Part shown: in pieces, positions 38,409 to 49,478 of the stretch
Position numbering within the stretch: position 1 is the first letter of the stretch
Layout: every line of letters begins with the position of its first letter
NCBI GenBank assembly: GCA_963737655.1
Contig: CAVTTN010000002.1
Location: 256,001 to 320,000, forward strand
Direction: 5' to 3'
Length of the DNA stretch: 64,000 nucleotides
Origin: an uncultured Planctomycetota bacterium
Lineage (GTDB): Bacteria > Planctomycetota > Planctomycetia > Isosphaerales > Isosphaeraceae
The notes under the pieces: model-generated
Databases searched by the model: none
Told to the model about the DNA's origin: nothing
What the model saw: only the letters and a program-made list of their open reading frames with translations
Program-made: the position numbers and the translations under genes

Positions 38409-40637
38409 ATGGCTGACTCACTGCGAATCCCGGTCCTGGCCCTCGCGCTGATGATGGGCGCGTCCGCCGCGATGGCCGACGATCCGCCTCGCCCGGACGG
38501 CCCGAAAGCCAAGGCGCCCGGACCCTCGAAGACGTCCCCGAGAACTTCGTCCCGCTCCACCCGCGGACTACCGAGGACCAGCAACGGATCGAGGCCCTCC
38601 GCCTCTATTCCTCGGCCCGGGCCTTGGAAGACCGCCACCAGTTGACCGAGGCGCTGGACCTCCTGGAGCAGGCCCGCAAGCTCGACCCGGATTCTCCCGC
38701 GGTCCTCCGGCGGATCAGCCGGCTGGATTTCGTCCTGGGCCGCGTCGATCAGGCGGTGGCCCACTCGCGGAGGGTCCTGGAGCTGGACCCGGGAGACACC
38801 GACACGCTCTCCCTGCTCGTCGCCCACTACCTCGAACGCAAGAGCGACCCCGCCGCCGCCGAGAACCTCTTGAAGAAGGTGGCGACCAGCCCGAAGCTGG
38901 ACAAGACCTCCGCCGGCTACTACCTCGTCCAGCGCGACCTGGGGGACATCTACGCCGACCTCCTGGACAAGCCCGACCAGGCCGCCGACGCCTACGCGAA
39001 GCTGATGGACGCCCTGGACGACCGCGCCGCCGTGGCCCTGTCGGCCATCGACAAGAAGCGAATCCTGGAAGACGACGAGGCGGGCTCCTACCTGAAGTTC
39101 GGCGAGGTATTCCTCCGCGCCAAGAAGTTCGGCCTGGCGATCCGGGCGTTTCAACGAGGGCTGATCTACCGCCCCGACCATCCCCAGATCCCCCGATTCC
39201 TGGCCGAAGCCCTGCTCCGAGGGGGCCGGGTCGACGACGCGCTGAAGACCCTCGAATCGTTCCTCCGCCGCCAGCCCACGGGCGTCGAGCCGTATGAGCT
39301 GCTCGCCGAGATCCTCACCGAGCTGAAGCAGGTGGACCAGATCCTCCCGAGGATCGAGGCCGCCGCCCAGGCCGACTCCAAGAACCTCCGGCTCCAGTTC
39401 CTCCTGGTCGATCGCTACCGGGCTTCGGGCCAGGAAGAGAAGGCCGACGCCCTGTTGAAGACCCTCCTGGCCAACCAGTCCGACCCCCAGGTCTACGCCG
39501 CCCTGGCCGCGTCGTACCTCAAGGAGAAGAAGGCCGAGGAGCTGGTCCGCCTCCTGGGCGAGGCGCTCGACGAAGCCCGGCGGACTCGACGCCGTGAAGC
39601 CGCAGGTCGATGCGCTCTCCGAAGACCAGGCGCTGGCCGCCCAGGCGCTGGACTCCGGCATCAAGCTGCTGGGCGAGAACCCGCCGAGGCTCTCCGACGC
39701 CTCGCGAAAAATCCTCGCCTACATCGCCGGCAAGGCCAAGCAGACCGATCGGCTCGTCCGCATCGATCGGCTGGCCGTCAAGAACGCGCCGACGCCGCAG
39801 AACTATCAGGAACTCTTCTTCGACCTCTTCCGGGCCGATCGCCACGACGAGGCCGAGGCGGCGATGGACGAATACCTGGCCAAGTTCCCGGTCGAACGGA
39901 CGAGCCGGACGGTCCTGCTGCTCTCGAAGAACCGCTACTTCGGCGGCAAGATCGAGTCGTCCCTGGAGGCGGCCCGGGAGGCCCAGAAGCTCGACCCGGG
40001 GGATCGCGACGTCCTGGAATTCCTCGGCTACGTCCTGTCCAAGGTCGGCAAGGACGACGACGCGATCGCCCTGTACGAAGACATGCTGCGTCGGTTCGCC
40101 AATGACGAGGACGCGGTCAAGAAGGCGCGATCGGGCCTGTCGACGGCGTTCGTGAACAAGGGGAACTTCGCCCGGGGGGAGGCGGAGCTGGAGATCCTCC
40201 TCCAGAAATTCCCCGAGGACCCCGGGGTGAACAACGACCTGGGCTACCTCTACGCCGACCAGGGCAAGAACCTCGAACGGGCCGAGATCATGATCCGCAA
40301 GGCGGTCGAGGAGGAGCCCGAGAACGCGGCGTACCTCGACAGCCTGGGCTGGGTCCTGTTCAAGAGGGGCAAGATGAAGGAGGCCGTCGAGCCCCTGGAA
40401 AAGGCCGCGAAGAGCGAGCGGGTGGATACCACGATCTGCGAGCACCTCGGCGACGTCCTGTTCCGGCTCCAGGAATACGGCCGGGCCAAGGAGTTCTGGA
40501 CCCGGGCGGAGGGGTACGCCACCAAGGCCCAACCGCCGGACAAGCGACTGGCCGAGATCAAGAAGAAACTGGCCGACCTGGAAAAGCTCGGACCGACCCG
40601 CTCCGACGCGGCCAAGGGCCCCGCCGACCGTCCCTGA
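38409..40637 (+). CDS. Exported TPR protein, frameshifts near 38520 and 39570
   Basis: Signal peptide; TPR helices; NNDLGYLYA...AYLDSLGW...EHLGDV. Confidence 0.8.
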
Positions 40638-40763
40638 ACGCCCGATCGACCGTCGATTCCCCTCCGACCCCGGGCGAGCCGATCGCCGCGAAGGGCCGGA
40701 GGTCTCCTCGTCTCGCCGGCCCCCGACCCCGGCCGGGCCGGCCTTCCCGGAGAGAACCCGTTC

Positions 40764-41501
40764 ATGGCTGGGCACTCACACTCCGCCAACATCGCCCACC
40801 GCAAGGGCGTCGTCGATGCCAAGCGAGGCAAGCTCTTCAGCAAGCTCTGCCGGGCCATCTACGTGGCGGCCAAGAACGGCGACCCCAACCCCGACGCCAA
40901 CATCCGCCTCCGCTACGCCATCGACAAGGCCCGCTCCTACAGCTGCCCCAAGGAGAACATCGAGCGGTCGATCAAGAAGGCCAGCGGCGAGCTCGGCGCC
41001 GAGAATTTCGAAGAAGTCATGTACGAGGGCTACGGGCCCGGCGGGGTCGCCGTGATGTGCTCGGCGCTGACCGACAACCGTAACCGCACCGCCGGGGAGC
41101 TCCGCAAGGCGTTCGAAGTGGCCGGAGGCAACCTCGGCGCCACCGGCTGCGTCTCGTACCTGTTCTCGTACAAGGGCCTCTTCCTGATCGACGCCAAGCA
41201 CGCGACCGAGGACCGTCTGATCGAGGTCGCCCTCGAAGCCGGCGCCGACGACGTCCACCGGGCCGGCGACTACTTCGAGGTCACCTGCGACCCCAAGGCA
41301 TTCGACGCCGTGCAGAAGGCTTTCGAAGAGGCCCGGATCGCCGCCGAATCGGCCGAGACCACGTACATCCCGGCCAATTACGTCGACCTCGACGGCGACA
41401 ACGCCAGGAGGATGCTCAAGCTCCGCGACGTCCTCGAAGAGAACGAGGACGTCCAGAACGTCTACGCCAACGACAACCTCCCCGAAGAAGCGATGGCCTG
41501 A
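40764..41501 (+). CDS. yebC: YebC/PmpR family protein
   Basis: MAGHS...NI.HRKG..DAKRGK, YEGYGPGG, TDNRNRT. Confidence 0.95.
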   Translation: MAGHSHSANIAHRKGVVDAKRGKLFSKLCRAIYVAAKNGDPNPDANIRLRYAIDKARSYSCPKENIERSIKKASGELGAENFEEVMYEGYGPGGVAVMCSALTDNRNRTAGELRKAFEVAGGNLGATGCVSYLFSYKGLFLIDAKHATEDRLIEVALEAGADDVHRAGDYFEVTCDPKAFDAVQKAFEEARIAAESAETTYIPANYVDLDGDNARRMLKLRDVLEENEDVQNVYANDNLPEEAMA

Positions 41502-41653
41502 GGCCACGAATCCCCTTCGCGTCCCATGCCCGAGCGAGCCTATCCGACCCTAGATTTCCCGGTTGATGACGGCATGCCCACGAGGACGCGGGCATGCCTC
41601 GCGGTCGCGATCCGCCGAAGCCGTCCTCCCTCCCACCCGCGAGACCCGCACCG

Positions 41654-42826
41654 ATGCCCGCCCCGACGTTCGTGAAGGCCGACCGGCTCCAGAAGCTCCC
41701 GCCCTACCTGTTCGCCGAGATCGACCGGAAGAAGAAGGCCGCCATCGCCGCCGGCAAGGACGTGATCAACCTCGGCGTGGGCGACCCCGACCGACCCACC
41801 CCGCGGCCGATCATCGAGAGCCTCCAGAAGCACGTCGAGAACCCCGCGTTCCACCAGTACGCCCTCGACCAGGGCGCGCCCGAGCTGCGGCGATCCATCG
41901 CCGGGTTCATGAAGCATCGGTACGACGTGGACGTCGATCCCAACGCCGAGATCCTCCCCCTGATCGGCTCCAAGGAAGGCATCGCGCACTTCCCCTTCGC
42001 CGTGATCAACCCGGGAGACGTGGCCCTGGTGCCCGACCCGTGCTACCCGGTCTATCGCTCCAGCACGCAGTTCGCCGGCGGCGAGGTCCACCCGATGCCG
42101 CTGCTGCCGGCCCAGGGCTTCCGCCCCGACCTCGACGCCATCCCGGCCGACGTCTGGAAGAAGGCCCGGCTCCTCTTCCTCAACTACCCGAACAACCCCA
42201 CCGGCGCGACCGTCGATCGCGGGTTCTTCGAGAAGGTGGTGGCGCTGGCTCATGAGCACGACCTGATCATTGCGCAGGACGCCGCGTACAACGAGATGTA
42301 TTTCGAGACCCCTCCGCCCAGCATCCTCGAAGTCCCCGGGGCGAAGGACGTTTGCGTGGAGTTCCACAGCCTCTCCAAGACGTTCAACATGACCGGCTGG
42401 CGGGTCGGGTTCGCCGTCGGGGGCGCCCCGATGGTGGCCGCGCTCGGGCAGGTCAAGGCGAACACCGATTCGGGCATCTTCACCGCGATCCAGTTCGCCG
42501 CGAAGACCGCCCTGGACGAGTACGACACGATCACCCCGCCCCTCCGGGCGACGTACAAGGAGCGCCGAGACGCCTTCGTCGCCGCCTTCCGCAACATCGG
42601 CTGGGACGTCCCCTCGCCCAACGCGACGTTTTACATGTGGATTCCATGCCCGAAGGGCCATTCCTCCACCGACACCTGCGCCAGGCTCCTGGACGAGGCC
42701 GCCGTGGTCACCACGCCCGGGATCGGCTTCGGAAAGAGCGCCGAAGGCTTCATCCGGGCCACCCTGACCGTCGAAACGCCCCGACTCGTCGAGGCCGTCG
42801 AGCGGATCGGCAAGCTCTCGTGGTGA
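41654..42826 (+). CDS. dapL: LL-diaminopimelate aminotransferase (class I PLP)
   Basis: RL..LPPYLFAEID, GSKEGI, NYPNNPTG, EFHSLSKTFNMTGWR. Confidence 0.8.
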   Translation: MPAPTFVKADRLQKLPPYLFAEIDRKKKAAIAAGKDVINLGVGDPDRPTPRPIIESLQKHVENPAFHQYALDQGAPELRRSIAGFMKHRYDVDVDPNAEILPLIGSKEGIAHFPFAVINPGDVALVPDPCYPVYRSSTQFAGGEVHPMPLLPAQGFRPDLDAIPADVWKKARLLFLNYPNNPTGATVDRGFFEKVVALAHEHDLIIAQDAAYNEMYFETPPPSILEVPGAKDVCVEFHSLSKTFNMTGWRVGFAVGGAPMVAALGQVKANTDSGIFTAIQFAAKTALDEYDTITPPLRATYKERRDAFVAAFRNIGWDVPSPNATFYMWIPCPKGHSSTDTCARLLDEAAVVTTPGIGFGKSAEGFIRATLTVETPRLVEAVERIGKLSW

Positions 42827-42909
42827 ATTCCTCCGTTCCTCCGCGGAGGACACCCGAGGGACGCGGATGGGATCGAGCTGTGACGGCGTCGGGCCAGGGA
42901 CATCGATCG

Positions 42910-42984
42910 TCGGCAACCGCGGAGTTCGCAGAGGCGGGAATCAAGGTTTTTGATTCCATGATCTGCGGAATCTGTGGTTGCCGA
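42910..42984. repeat. Intergenic palindrome (REP-like)
   Basis: TCGGCAACCGCGGAGTTCGCAGA ... TCTGCGGAATCTGTGGTTGCCGA. Confidence 0.55.
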
Positions 42985-43098
42985 AGACCCTCCACGAATC
43001 CCTCGTCGTGAACAAGGGACGTCACATCGACCCAAATTCAAAATCCAGCTGCGCCTCTCCGTGTCACCCGCGGATCTATCCCCCTGCGCGACCCTCCG

Positions 43099-44009
43099 AT
43101 GGCCAAGGTCTACGACGCCTCCTCGAAATACCTCCTGGAGGCGGACCCGGAATCCTGGCTCCGCCTCTTCGGGATCGCGCCGACGGGTCCGGTGTCGGTG
43201 ATCGACGCCGACCTCTCGACCATCACGAGCGAGGCGGATAAGGTCCTGAGGATCGGCGGGCCGTCTCCCTGGCTGGTCCACGTCGAGATGCAGGCCGCCC
43301 GGGACCGCGAGCTCGCCCGCCGCCTCCTGCGGTATCACGTCCTGCTCGACCTGAAAGAGGGCGTGCCGGTCCACTCGGTGGCCGTCCTGCTGAGGCCCGA
43401 GGTGGACGGCCCCGACCTCTCGGGCACGCTCCACCTGGGCTCCCCGGCGGGCCTCGGCGGCCTCCGATTCGAATATCAGGTGGTTCGCATCTGGGAGCGG
43501 CCCGTGGGCCCGATCCTCGCCGGAGGGCCCGGGACGCTGCCCCTGGCGCCGGTCTGCGACGTCCCGACGACGGAGGTCCCCGACCTCCTCGCCCTCCTCG
43601 CCGCCCGGTTCCGGGACGAGGTCCCGCCCCGGCTCGGCGGGAGCTCTGGACGGCCACGCGAGCCATGCTAGGATTGAGGTTCGAGAAGGCGGAGATCGAC
43701 GCCCTCATCCAGGGAGTCCGGGCCATGATCATGGGGATTCGGGGGATCGAGACGTCCTCCTACTTCCAGGAAATCTTCGGGAACGGCCGCGCCGAGGGCC
43801 TCGCCGAGGGCCGGATCGAAGGCCGAAACGAAGGCCGGATCGAGGAAGCGAAGGCCATCCTCCTTCGTCAGGGTCGGGCCCGATGGGGCGAGCCCGACGC
43901 CCCCATCGCCCAGCAAATCGAGGCCCTCAACGACCTTGACGCGATCGAATCCCGGCTCGATCGCATCCTCACCGCAGCCGATTGGCACGACCTGATCCCG
44001 AAAGCATGA
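43099..44009 (+). CDS. Rpn/YhgA-like PD-(D/E)xK protein, frameshift near 43635
   Basis: EADKV...HVEMQ; C-terminal EGR.EGR repeats and DUF4351-like tail. Confidence 0.65.
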
Positions 44010-44046
44010 GCATCGACCCAATAGACCGCGAGATCGCGAGGCCCCG

Positions 44047-45189
44047 ATGGGTCAGCTCGCCCTGATCGGCCTGGGATCGAACCTGGGGGACCGCCGGGCG
44101 ATCCTCGCCCGGGCCGTCCAGGCCCTCCGCGACTCGCCGGGATTGGCGGTGGTCTCCGTCAGCCGCCTGCACGAGACCGACCCGGTCGGCGGGCCGGCGG
44201 GGCAGGGGCCGTTCCTCAACGCGGCGGCGGCCCTGGATTGCTCGATCTCCCCATTCGAGCTCCACCGAATCCTCCGAGAAATCGAGGATCGGGAAGGCCG
44301 GACCCGCACCGTCCGCTGGGGCGAACGCACGCTCGACCTCGACCTCCTCCTCTTCGGCGATCAGATCCTCGACACGCCCGGATTGACCATTCCCCACCTG
44401 AGGATGGCCGTCCGCCGGTTCGTGCTCGTCCCCCTCGCCGAGATCGCCCCGGCGGCCCTCGACCCGCTCAGCGGATGGTCGATCGCCCGGCTGCTGGCGA
44501 ACATCGAGAGGCGCCCGGGGTACGTCCCCTTGCCGGAATGCCTAAACACACAACCATGCGATAGACCGGATTCCATCCGAAATCGACTGATGCGAACATC
44601 CCTCTTTACCCTGCTGAGCCGGCAGTTCGATCCCCTGAGGCTCCTGGACGAAGAACCGGAAAGGCGGAGGGTGGGCGGTCTCATCGAGCCCGTCCTGACG
44701 CTGTCCGACCTCCACCGGGATCGGTGGGCCAGCCCTTCGCATCCGGATCGGTGGTTGCTCACGGACGACTGGTTCCCGGATCGGTTGCGCGAGGTTGATT
44801 CGCTCCGGGAATCCCCGGAAATCCTGACCTCCACGACCGCCATCGCCGCCGCCGCGTATCCCTCGATCCAGGCGACGTTCCTCCCGGTCGCCTATGACGA
44901 CGCCGACGCCCCTCTCGCCCCGATCCCCGTCGAGTGGCAACGCGAATCGGGCCGATGCCACACCGGCCCTCCCCCTGCAACCCCTCGACTGCGAATCCGG
45001 GGGCTCGAGGCACGGACGCTCCGAAAGCAACTCGGCCAACTCCCTGCCGATGCATGCTCGCGCGAACTCGGCCAAATTCCAGAGATCCAAACTCTTCTTG
45101 ATGACGCCAGAGATCGCGACGAACAAACGATCACCGACGAGATCCTCGCGGCCTGCCTGGCGAGCCGGGCCGCGGTCCATCCGGTTTGA
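44047..45189 (+). CDS. folK: HPPK with long C-terminal extension
   Basis: GLGSNLGDR, ET.PVGG, FLNAA, RWGERTLDLDLL, RRFVL.PL.EI. Confidence 0.9.
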   Translation: MGQLALIGLGSNLGDRRAILARAVQALRDSPGLAVVSVSRLHETDPVGGPAGQGPFLNAAAALDCSISPFELHRILREIEDREGRTRTVRWGERTLDLDLLLFGDQILDTPGLTIPHLRMAVRRFVLVPLAEIAPAALDPLSGWSIARLLANIERRPGYVPLPECLNTQPCDRPDSIRNRLMRTSLFTLLSRQFDPLRLLDEEPERRRVGGLIEPVLTLSDLHRDRWASPSHPDRWLLTDDWFPDRLREVDSLRESPEILTSTTAIAAAAYPSIQATFLPVAYDDADAPLAPIPVEWQRESGRCHTGPPPATPRLRIRGLEARTLRKQLGQLPADACSRELGQIPEIQTLLDDARDRDEQTITDEILAACLASRAAVHPV

Positions 45190-45394
45190 TCCTTTCCCTT
45201 CCCAGGTTCACGTTGCTGCCTCCGGAATCGGCGGAATCCTCGATCGGAAGACGTTGACCACGATGACCACGCACTCGGTTTGGTCGGCCTTCTCGTCCCG
45301 GTTCTCCTCGGGGCCATGTCCCTGGCGGGGAAATCCTTTATAATTCCTCCACGAACCGGGCGAGTCTCGCGAGGGTCGGACGAGGGTGAGGCCG

Positions 45395-45910
45395 ATGGCC
45401 AAGAAATCCGTGAGCAAGCCCAAGACCAAGACCAAGGCCCCGGAGAAGCCGAAGGGCGACGACGGGTTCCACGTCGTCGCCCGGAACCGCCGGGCCCGGT
45501 TCGAGTTCGACCTGATCGAGAAGATCGAGGCGGGGATCGTCCTGACCGGCACCGAGGTGAAGTCGTTGCGGAACGGCAAGGCGAACCTGGAAGACTCGTA
45601 CGCGGGGCTGGAGCACGGCGAGGTCTGGCTTTATGGGTGCGACATCCCGGAGTATCTCCAGGCCAACCGGATGAACCATAAGCCCAAGAGGCCCCGGAAG
45701 TTGCTCCTCCACCGGAGCGAAATCCAGAAGGTCGCGGCGAAGTCCTCCGAACGCGGCCTGACGCTCGTCCCCCTGCAGATCTACTTCAAGAAGGGCATGG
45801 CCAAGGTCGAAATCTGCATCGCCAAGGGACGCAAGACGTTCGACAAGCGCAAGGCGCTCAAGAAGCAGGACGCCAAGCGCGACATGGACCGCGCCATCCG
45901 TCGGGGTTGA
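45395..45910 (+). CDS. smpB: SsrA-binding protein
   Basis: NRRARFEF, EAGIVLTGTEVKSLR, RKLLLH, GRK.FDKR. Confidence 0.95.
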   Translation: MAKKSVSKPKTKTKAPEKPKGDDGFHVVARNRRARFEFDLIEKIEAGIVLTGTEVKSLRNGKANLEDSYAGLEHGEVWLYGCDIPEYLQANRMNHKPKRPRKLLLHRSEIQKVAAKSSERGLTLVPLQIYFKKGMAKVEICIAKGRKTFDKRKALKKQDAKRDMDRAIRRG

Positions 45911-45924
45911 AACCTTCCCGTCTC

Positions 45925-47448
45925 TCACCGACGGGCGTCGAACAGGATCTGGGCCAGCCGGGCGCGATCGGGCGTCTTCCAGAGGTGAAGCCCCGCCAGG
46001 CTATCGACGCGCCGAGGCGGCCGGGATCGCTCGGGCGAGAGCGGGACCGCAGGCCCGAGCCGGGCGATCCGGATCAGGTCTCGCGGAGTCAGGCCGGGAC
46101 TCGCCGCCTTCAACACCGCCACCACGCCCGCCACGTAGGCCGCCGCGTCCGAGGAGCCGCCCGAGACCTCCCCGTCCGAGAAATAGGCCCGCGAATCCTG
46201 GATGACCGCGTCGGGCTTCGGCCTCCGGTCCAGGGTCGGGCCGACCGAGGAGGACGGGTCGGCATCGCCCACGGTCAGCACCAGCGGATGGTCGGCCGGC
46301 GGGTAGATCTCCCCCTCGCCCGAGGCGTCGAGGAACTCGATCGCCGCCGTCGGGGTCGTCGAGCCCGGGGGCAGGAACGACTCGCGAGACGCCGAGACCA
46401 GGACGCGAATCCGGTCGTCCGCCGTGAACCGGCCCCGTTTGGCCCGGACCCGAATCCGATAGGCGTAGTCGGGATCGGTCCGAACTCGCGGGCTGGCCGG
46501 GAGATTCGTCAAGACGACCCGTTCCCTGGGATTCCGGGTTTCCTCGGGACCAAGCTCCCCGGGCCGGGAGGTCTGCTCCTTCTCGCCCGAGCCGACGCGC
46601 CTGCCGGCCGGGTCCTCGACGAAGACGTCGAGGTCCTTGTCGGTCCCGGCGTCCTCCTCCTCGCGGTAGTCGTTCCAGGTCAAGGTGATCGTGACGGCGT
46701 TCTCATCCAGGTAATTCCGGAAACGGAGGGCGGCAATGTCCGAGCCGCCCCTCAGCCGGAGGAAGCCGTCGTTCAGGATCCTCACCGGACCGTTGTACAC
46801 ATGGCCGCCGAAATTCCCCGCCGCGTTGACCCAGAGGATTCCCGAGTCGATCGCCTCGGAGACGATCTGATCAATCGGCCCCCGGCCATCGCCGTTGCCG
46901 CCCCCTTCGAACGATCCGCTGAACAGGATCACATCGACCTTGTGCTCCATCGCGAACCGGACACCCCGGCGCAACATGGTGGGTCCATTGGCGTTCAGGA
47001 GATAGAACTTCGGCCCTCCTCGGTGAGACCCGGTCATCGCCCAGACGATCTGGGCCATGACCCGGCCGTGACGGTTGCCCGGCTCGAACCCCTTGCGATA
47101 CTCCGGGTCGCCCAGGCCGAACCGGCGGATGAAGTCGGGGTCGTAATGTTCCACGACCTCCGCCGAGTTCGGGAGATAGGGCCCGCCGTCGGCCATCCCG
47201 TCGAAGCCGTAATCCAGGATCGCGACCTTCACGGCCTCGATCCCGGCGAAGTCTTCATAATCCGGTGAGAGGCCGAACCGCTTGCGGGCCTCGCGGGCCT
47301 CGACCAGGTGCGAAGCCCCTCGCCGAACCGGGGTTGCGTCGTTTCGAACCGCCTGGGCCCACCCCGAAGCGGTCGGGGCGAGCCAGGCGATCAGCAAGGC
47401 GGGGACGAAGCCCGTCCACCCGGATCGACCGAGGAGGGAAGGCGGCAT
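45925..47448 (-). CDS. Exported S8 (subtilisin-like) serine peptidase
   Basis: AILDYG (D), HGRVMA (H), NAAGN, KPD, GSSDAAAYVAG (S); signal peptide. Confidence 0.8.
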   Translation of the reverse strand: MPPSLLGRSGWTGFVPALLIAWLAPTASGWAQAVRNDATPVRRGASHLVEAREARKRFGLSPDYEDFAGIEAVKVAILDYGFDGMADGGPYLPNSAEVVEHYDPDFIRRFGLGDPEYRKGFEPGNRHGRVMAQIVWAMTGSHRGGPKFYLLNANGPTMLRRGVRFAMEHKVDVILFSGSFEGGGNGDGRGPIDQIVSEAIDSGILWVNAAGNFGGHVYNGPVRILNDGFLRLRGGSDIAALRFRNYLDENAVTITLTWNDYREEEDAGTDKDLDVFVEDPAGRRVGSGEKEQTSRPGELGPEETRNPRERVVLTNLPASPRVRTDPDYAYRIRVRAKRGRFTADDRIRVLVSASRESFLPPGSTTPTAAIEFLDASGEGEIYPPADHPLVLTVGDADPSSSVGPTLDRRPKPDAVIQDSRAYFSDGEVSGGSSDAAAYVAGVVAVLKAASPGLTPRDLIRIARLGPAVPLSPERSRPPRRVDSLAGLHLWKTPDRARLAQILFDARR

Positions 47449-47492
47449 GGGTCCTCGTTCCTCACAAGTCCAATCAAGGGCCGGAGATCGGT

Positions 47493-47981
47493 CTACCAGC
47501 AGAACCGGCGATAGCCGAAGCCGAAGCCGCCGAAACCACCGTAACCGCCGTAGCCCAGACCATAGCCGCCGAAGCCGCCGTAGCCGAACCCGGGATATCC
47601 GTAGCCGTAACCTCCATAGCCTCCATACCCGTAGCCGCCGTAGCCCCCGAATCCGCCGAAGCCTCCGTAGCCCAGGCCCAGGCCCAGCCCGCCATACCCG
47701 AGGCCGAAACCGAAGCCGCGGAAGCCCCCGAAGCCGCCGTAATGACCCAGCCCACCCCATCCGAAGCCGTGATGGTAGCCCCCGAAGTGGTGCCAGGCCT
47801 GGGTCGGCCCCTCGGCGTCCATCTCGGCCGACCTCGGCGCGTCCGACCTGGCCAGGGCCGAGGCCGTCGCGGTCCCGGGCGAGAGGTTCCGCCTGGGCCC
47901 GAATTCCGAATCCATCTCGCCCGCGAAGGCCGGGGAGGCCAGCAGGGCGGTCGTCGCGAGGAAGCCGAAGAAACGAGTCAT
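47493..47981 (-). CDS. Secreted Gly/Tyr/Phe-rich low-complexity protein (162 aa)
   Basis: GGAGG RBS, signal peptide ending PAFA, acidic pro-region, ~100-aa GYGG/GFGG core. Confidence 0.8.
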   Translation of the reverse strand: MTRFFGFLATTALLASPAFAGEMDSEFGPRRNLSPGTATASALARSDAPRSAEMDAEGPTQAWHHFGGYHHGFGWGGLGHYGGFGGFRGFGFGLGYGGLGLGLGYGGFGGFGGYGGYGYGGYGGYGYGYPGFGYGGFGGYGLGYGGYGGFGGFGFGYRRFCW

Positions 47982-48106
47982 GGTGTCCTCCTGAACCGGA
48001 AAGGGTTCCACCTCAGAGTCCCCACCCGAATTGTACCCTCCAGGGCGGCCTTCGCCAAAAGCAAACCTGTGAATCCTGATGCGTTGTACGCGACGCCCGA
48101 AAATAC

Positions 48107-48135
48107 TTGACATGGAACCTAATCACCCTTAAGCT
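48107..48135 (+). promoter_or_regulatory. Sigma70-type promoter for marR-pirin-wrbA
   Basis: TTGACA-17 nt-TAAGCT. Confidence 0.7.
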
Positions 48136-48176
48136 GATGAGGTCCAATCGATCCACGGACGATCCATGGGGTGGTC

Positions 48177-48656
48177 ATGAGCGGAGAGCTTGGCAGGGAG
48201 TTGAAGAAGAGGGGTCCGTTCGAATCGCCCGAGCAGGAAGCCATGCTGAACCTGTTCCGCACCCACGATCGGTTCTCCCTGCGATTCGCCCGGCTGTTTC
48301 GAGAGCATGGCATCACCCCCTCGCAATACAACGTCCTGCGGATCCTGAGGGGGGAAGGGGCCCCGCTGCCGAGCCTGGAAATCGCCCAACGGATGGTCAC
48401 GGCCGTCCCCGGGATCACCGGGCTGATCGATCGCCTCGAATGCCTCGAACTGGTGGCCCGGGACCGCTCGACCGAGGACCGCCGGATCGTCTTCGTGGCC
48501 ATCACCCCGAAGGGTCGGGAGGTCCTCGACCGGCTCGACGGCCCGGTCGCCGAGCTTCATCGGTCCCTCCTGGGACACATGACCCTCCTGGAAGTCCACG
48601 AATTGAACCGATTGCTCGAAAAGGCCCGGAAACCGCTCCCGGACGCCGAGGACTGA
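48177..48656 (+). CDS. MarR family regulator
   Basis: ITPSQYNVLRILRG, ITGLIDRLE, DRR.V.V.IT..G. Confidence 0.9.
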   Translation: MSGELGRELKKRGPFESPEQEAMLNLFRTHDRFSLRFARLFREHGITPSQYNVLRILRGEGAPLPSLEIAQRMVTAVPGITGLIDRLECLELVARDRSTEDRRIVFVAITPKGREVLDRLDGPVAELHRSLLGHMTLLEVHELNRLLEKARKPLPDAED

Positions 48657-48730
48657 GGCGAAAGACCCGGTACTTTTTTCGGATCAATGGTCGATTGGTC
48701 AATCATTCAGGTTTCAACAGGAGACGTGCC

Positions 48731-49429
48731 ATGCTTCGCGTTCGCCGGTCCGCCGAGCGAGGCCATCTTGACCACGGGTGGCTGGACACCTACCACACGT
48801 TTTCGTTCGGGAGTTACCATGATCCCCGCCACATGGGGTTCCGATCCCTGAGGGTCATGAACGAGGACTGGATCGCGGGAGGGCGAGGGTTCGGGACGCA
48901 TCCCCATGAGGACATGGAGATCGTGACGTACGTCCTCGAAGGCGGTCTGGCGCATCGCGACAGCCTGGGGACCGGCAGCACGATCGTCCCGGGCGAGCTC
49001 CAGAGGATGACCGCCGGGACCGGGATCGCCCACAGCGAGGCCAACGCGTCCCCCGATCGTCCGGTGCATCTGTACCAGATCTGGCTCTACCCCGAGAGGG
49101 ACGGCCTGGAACCGTCCTACGAGCAGAAGGCGTTTCCCGAAGAGGAGAGGAGGAACCGGCTTCGGCTGGTCGCCTCGCCCGACGGGTCGGACGGATCGCT
49201 CTCGGTCCGCCAGGATGCCCGGCTTTACCTCGCTTCTCTCGACGACGCGGTCTCCGCCACCATGCCGCTCAAGGAAGGCCGTCATGGGTGGGTGCAGGTG
49301 CTCCGGGGGTCGATCGAGCTGAACGGGCAGGCCCTTTCCGCCGGGGACGGCGCCTCGGCCAGCGAGGAGCGATCGCTGGAGATCACGTCCCGGGGTCCGT
49401 CGGAAGTGCTCGTTTTCGACCTTTCTTGA
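48731..49429 (+). CDS. Pirin family protein (YhhW-like)
   Basis: [28 protein letters not shown]. Confidence 0.92.
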   Translation: MLRVRRSAERGHLDHGWLDTYHTFSFGSYHDPRHMGFRSLRVMNEDWIAGGRGFGTHPHEDMEIVTYVLEGGLAHRDSLGTGSTIVPGELQRMTAGTGIAHSEANASPDRPVHLYQIWLYPERDGLEPSYEQKAFPEEERRNRLRLVASPDGSDGSLSVRQDARLYLASLDDAVSATMPLKEGRHGWVQVLRGSIELNGQALSAGDGASASEERSLEITSRGPSEVLVFDLS

Positions 49430-49478
49430 TCGATTTCGTCCGTCATTCCGCCCCAAAGTCCTCGTCAGGAGACTTGCG

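Noticed and set aside
43099..44009. Rpn-like gene as the array's recombinase or an active transposon
   Set aside because: It is 5 kb from the array, has no element ends, and belongs to a family commonly scattered in such genomes.
45190..45930. tmRNA or tRNA near smpB
   Set aside because: No tRNA-like ends or tag reading frame seen; no tRNA or rRNA recognised in the window.
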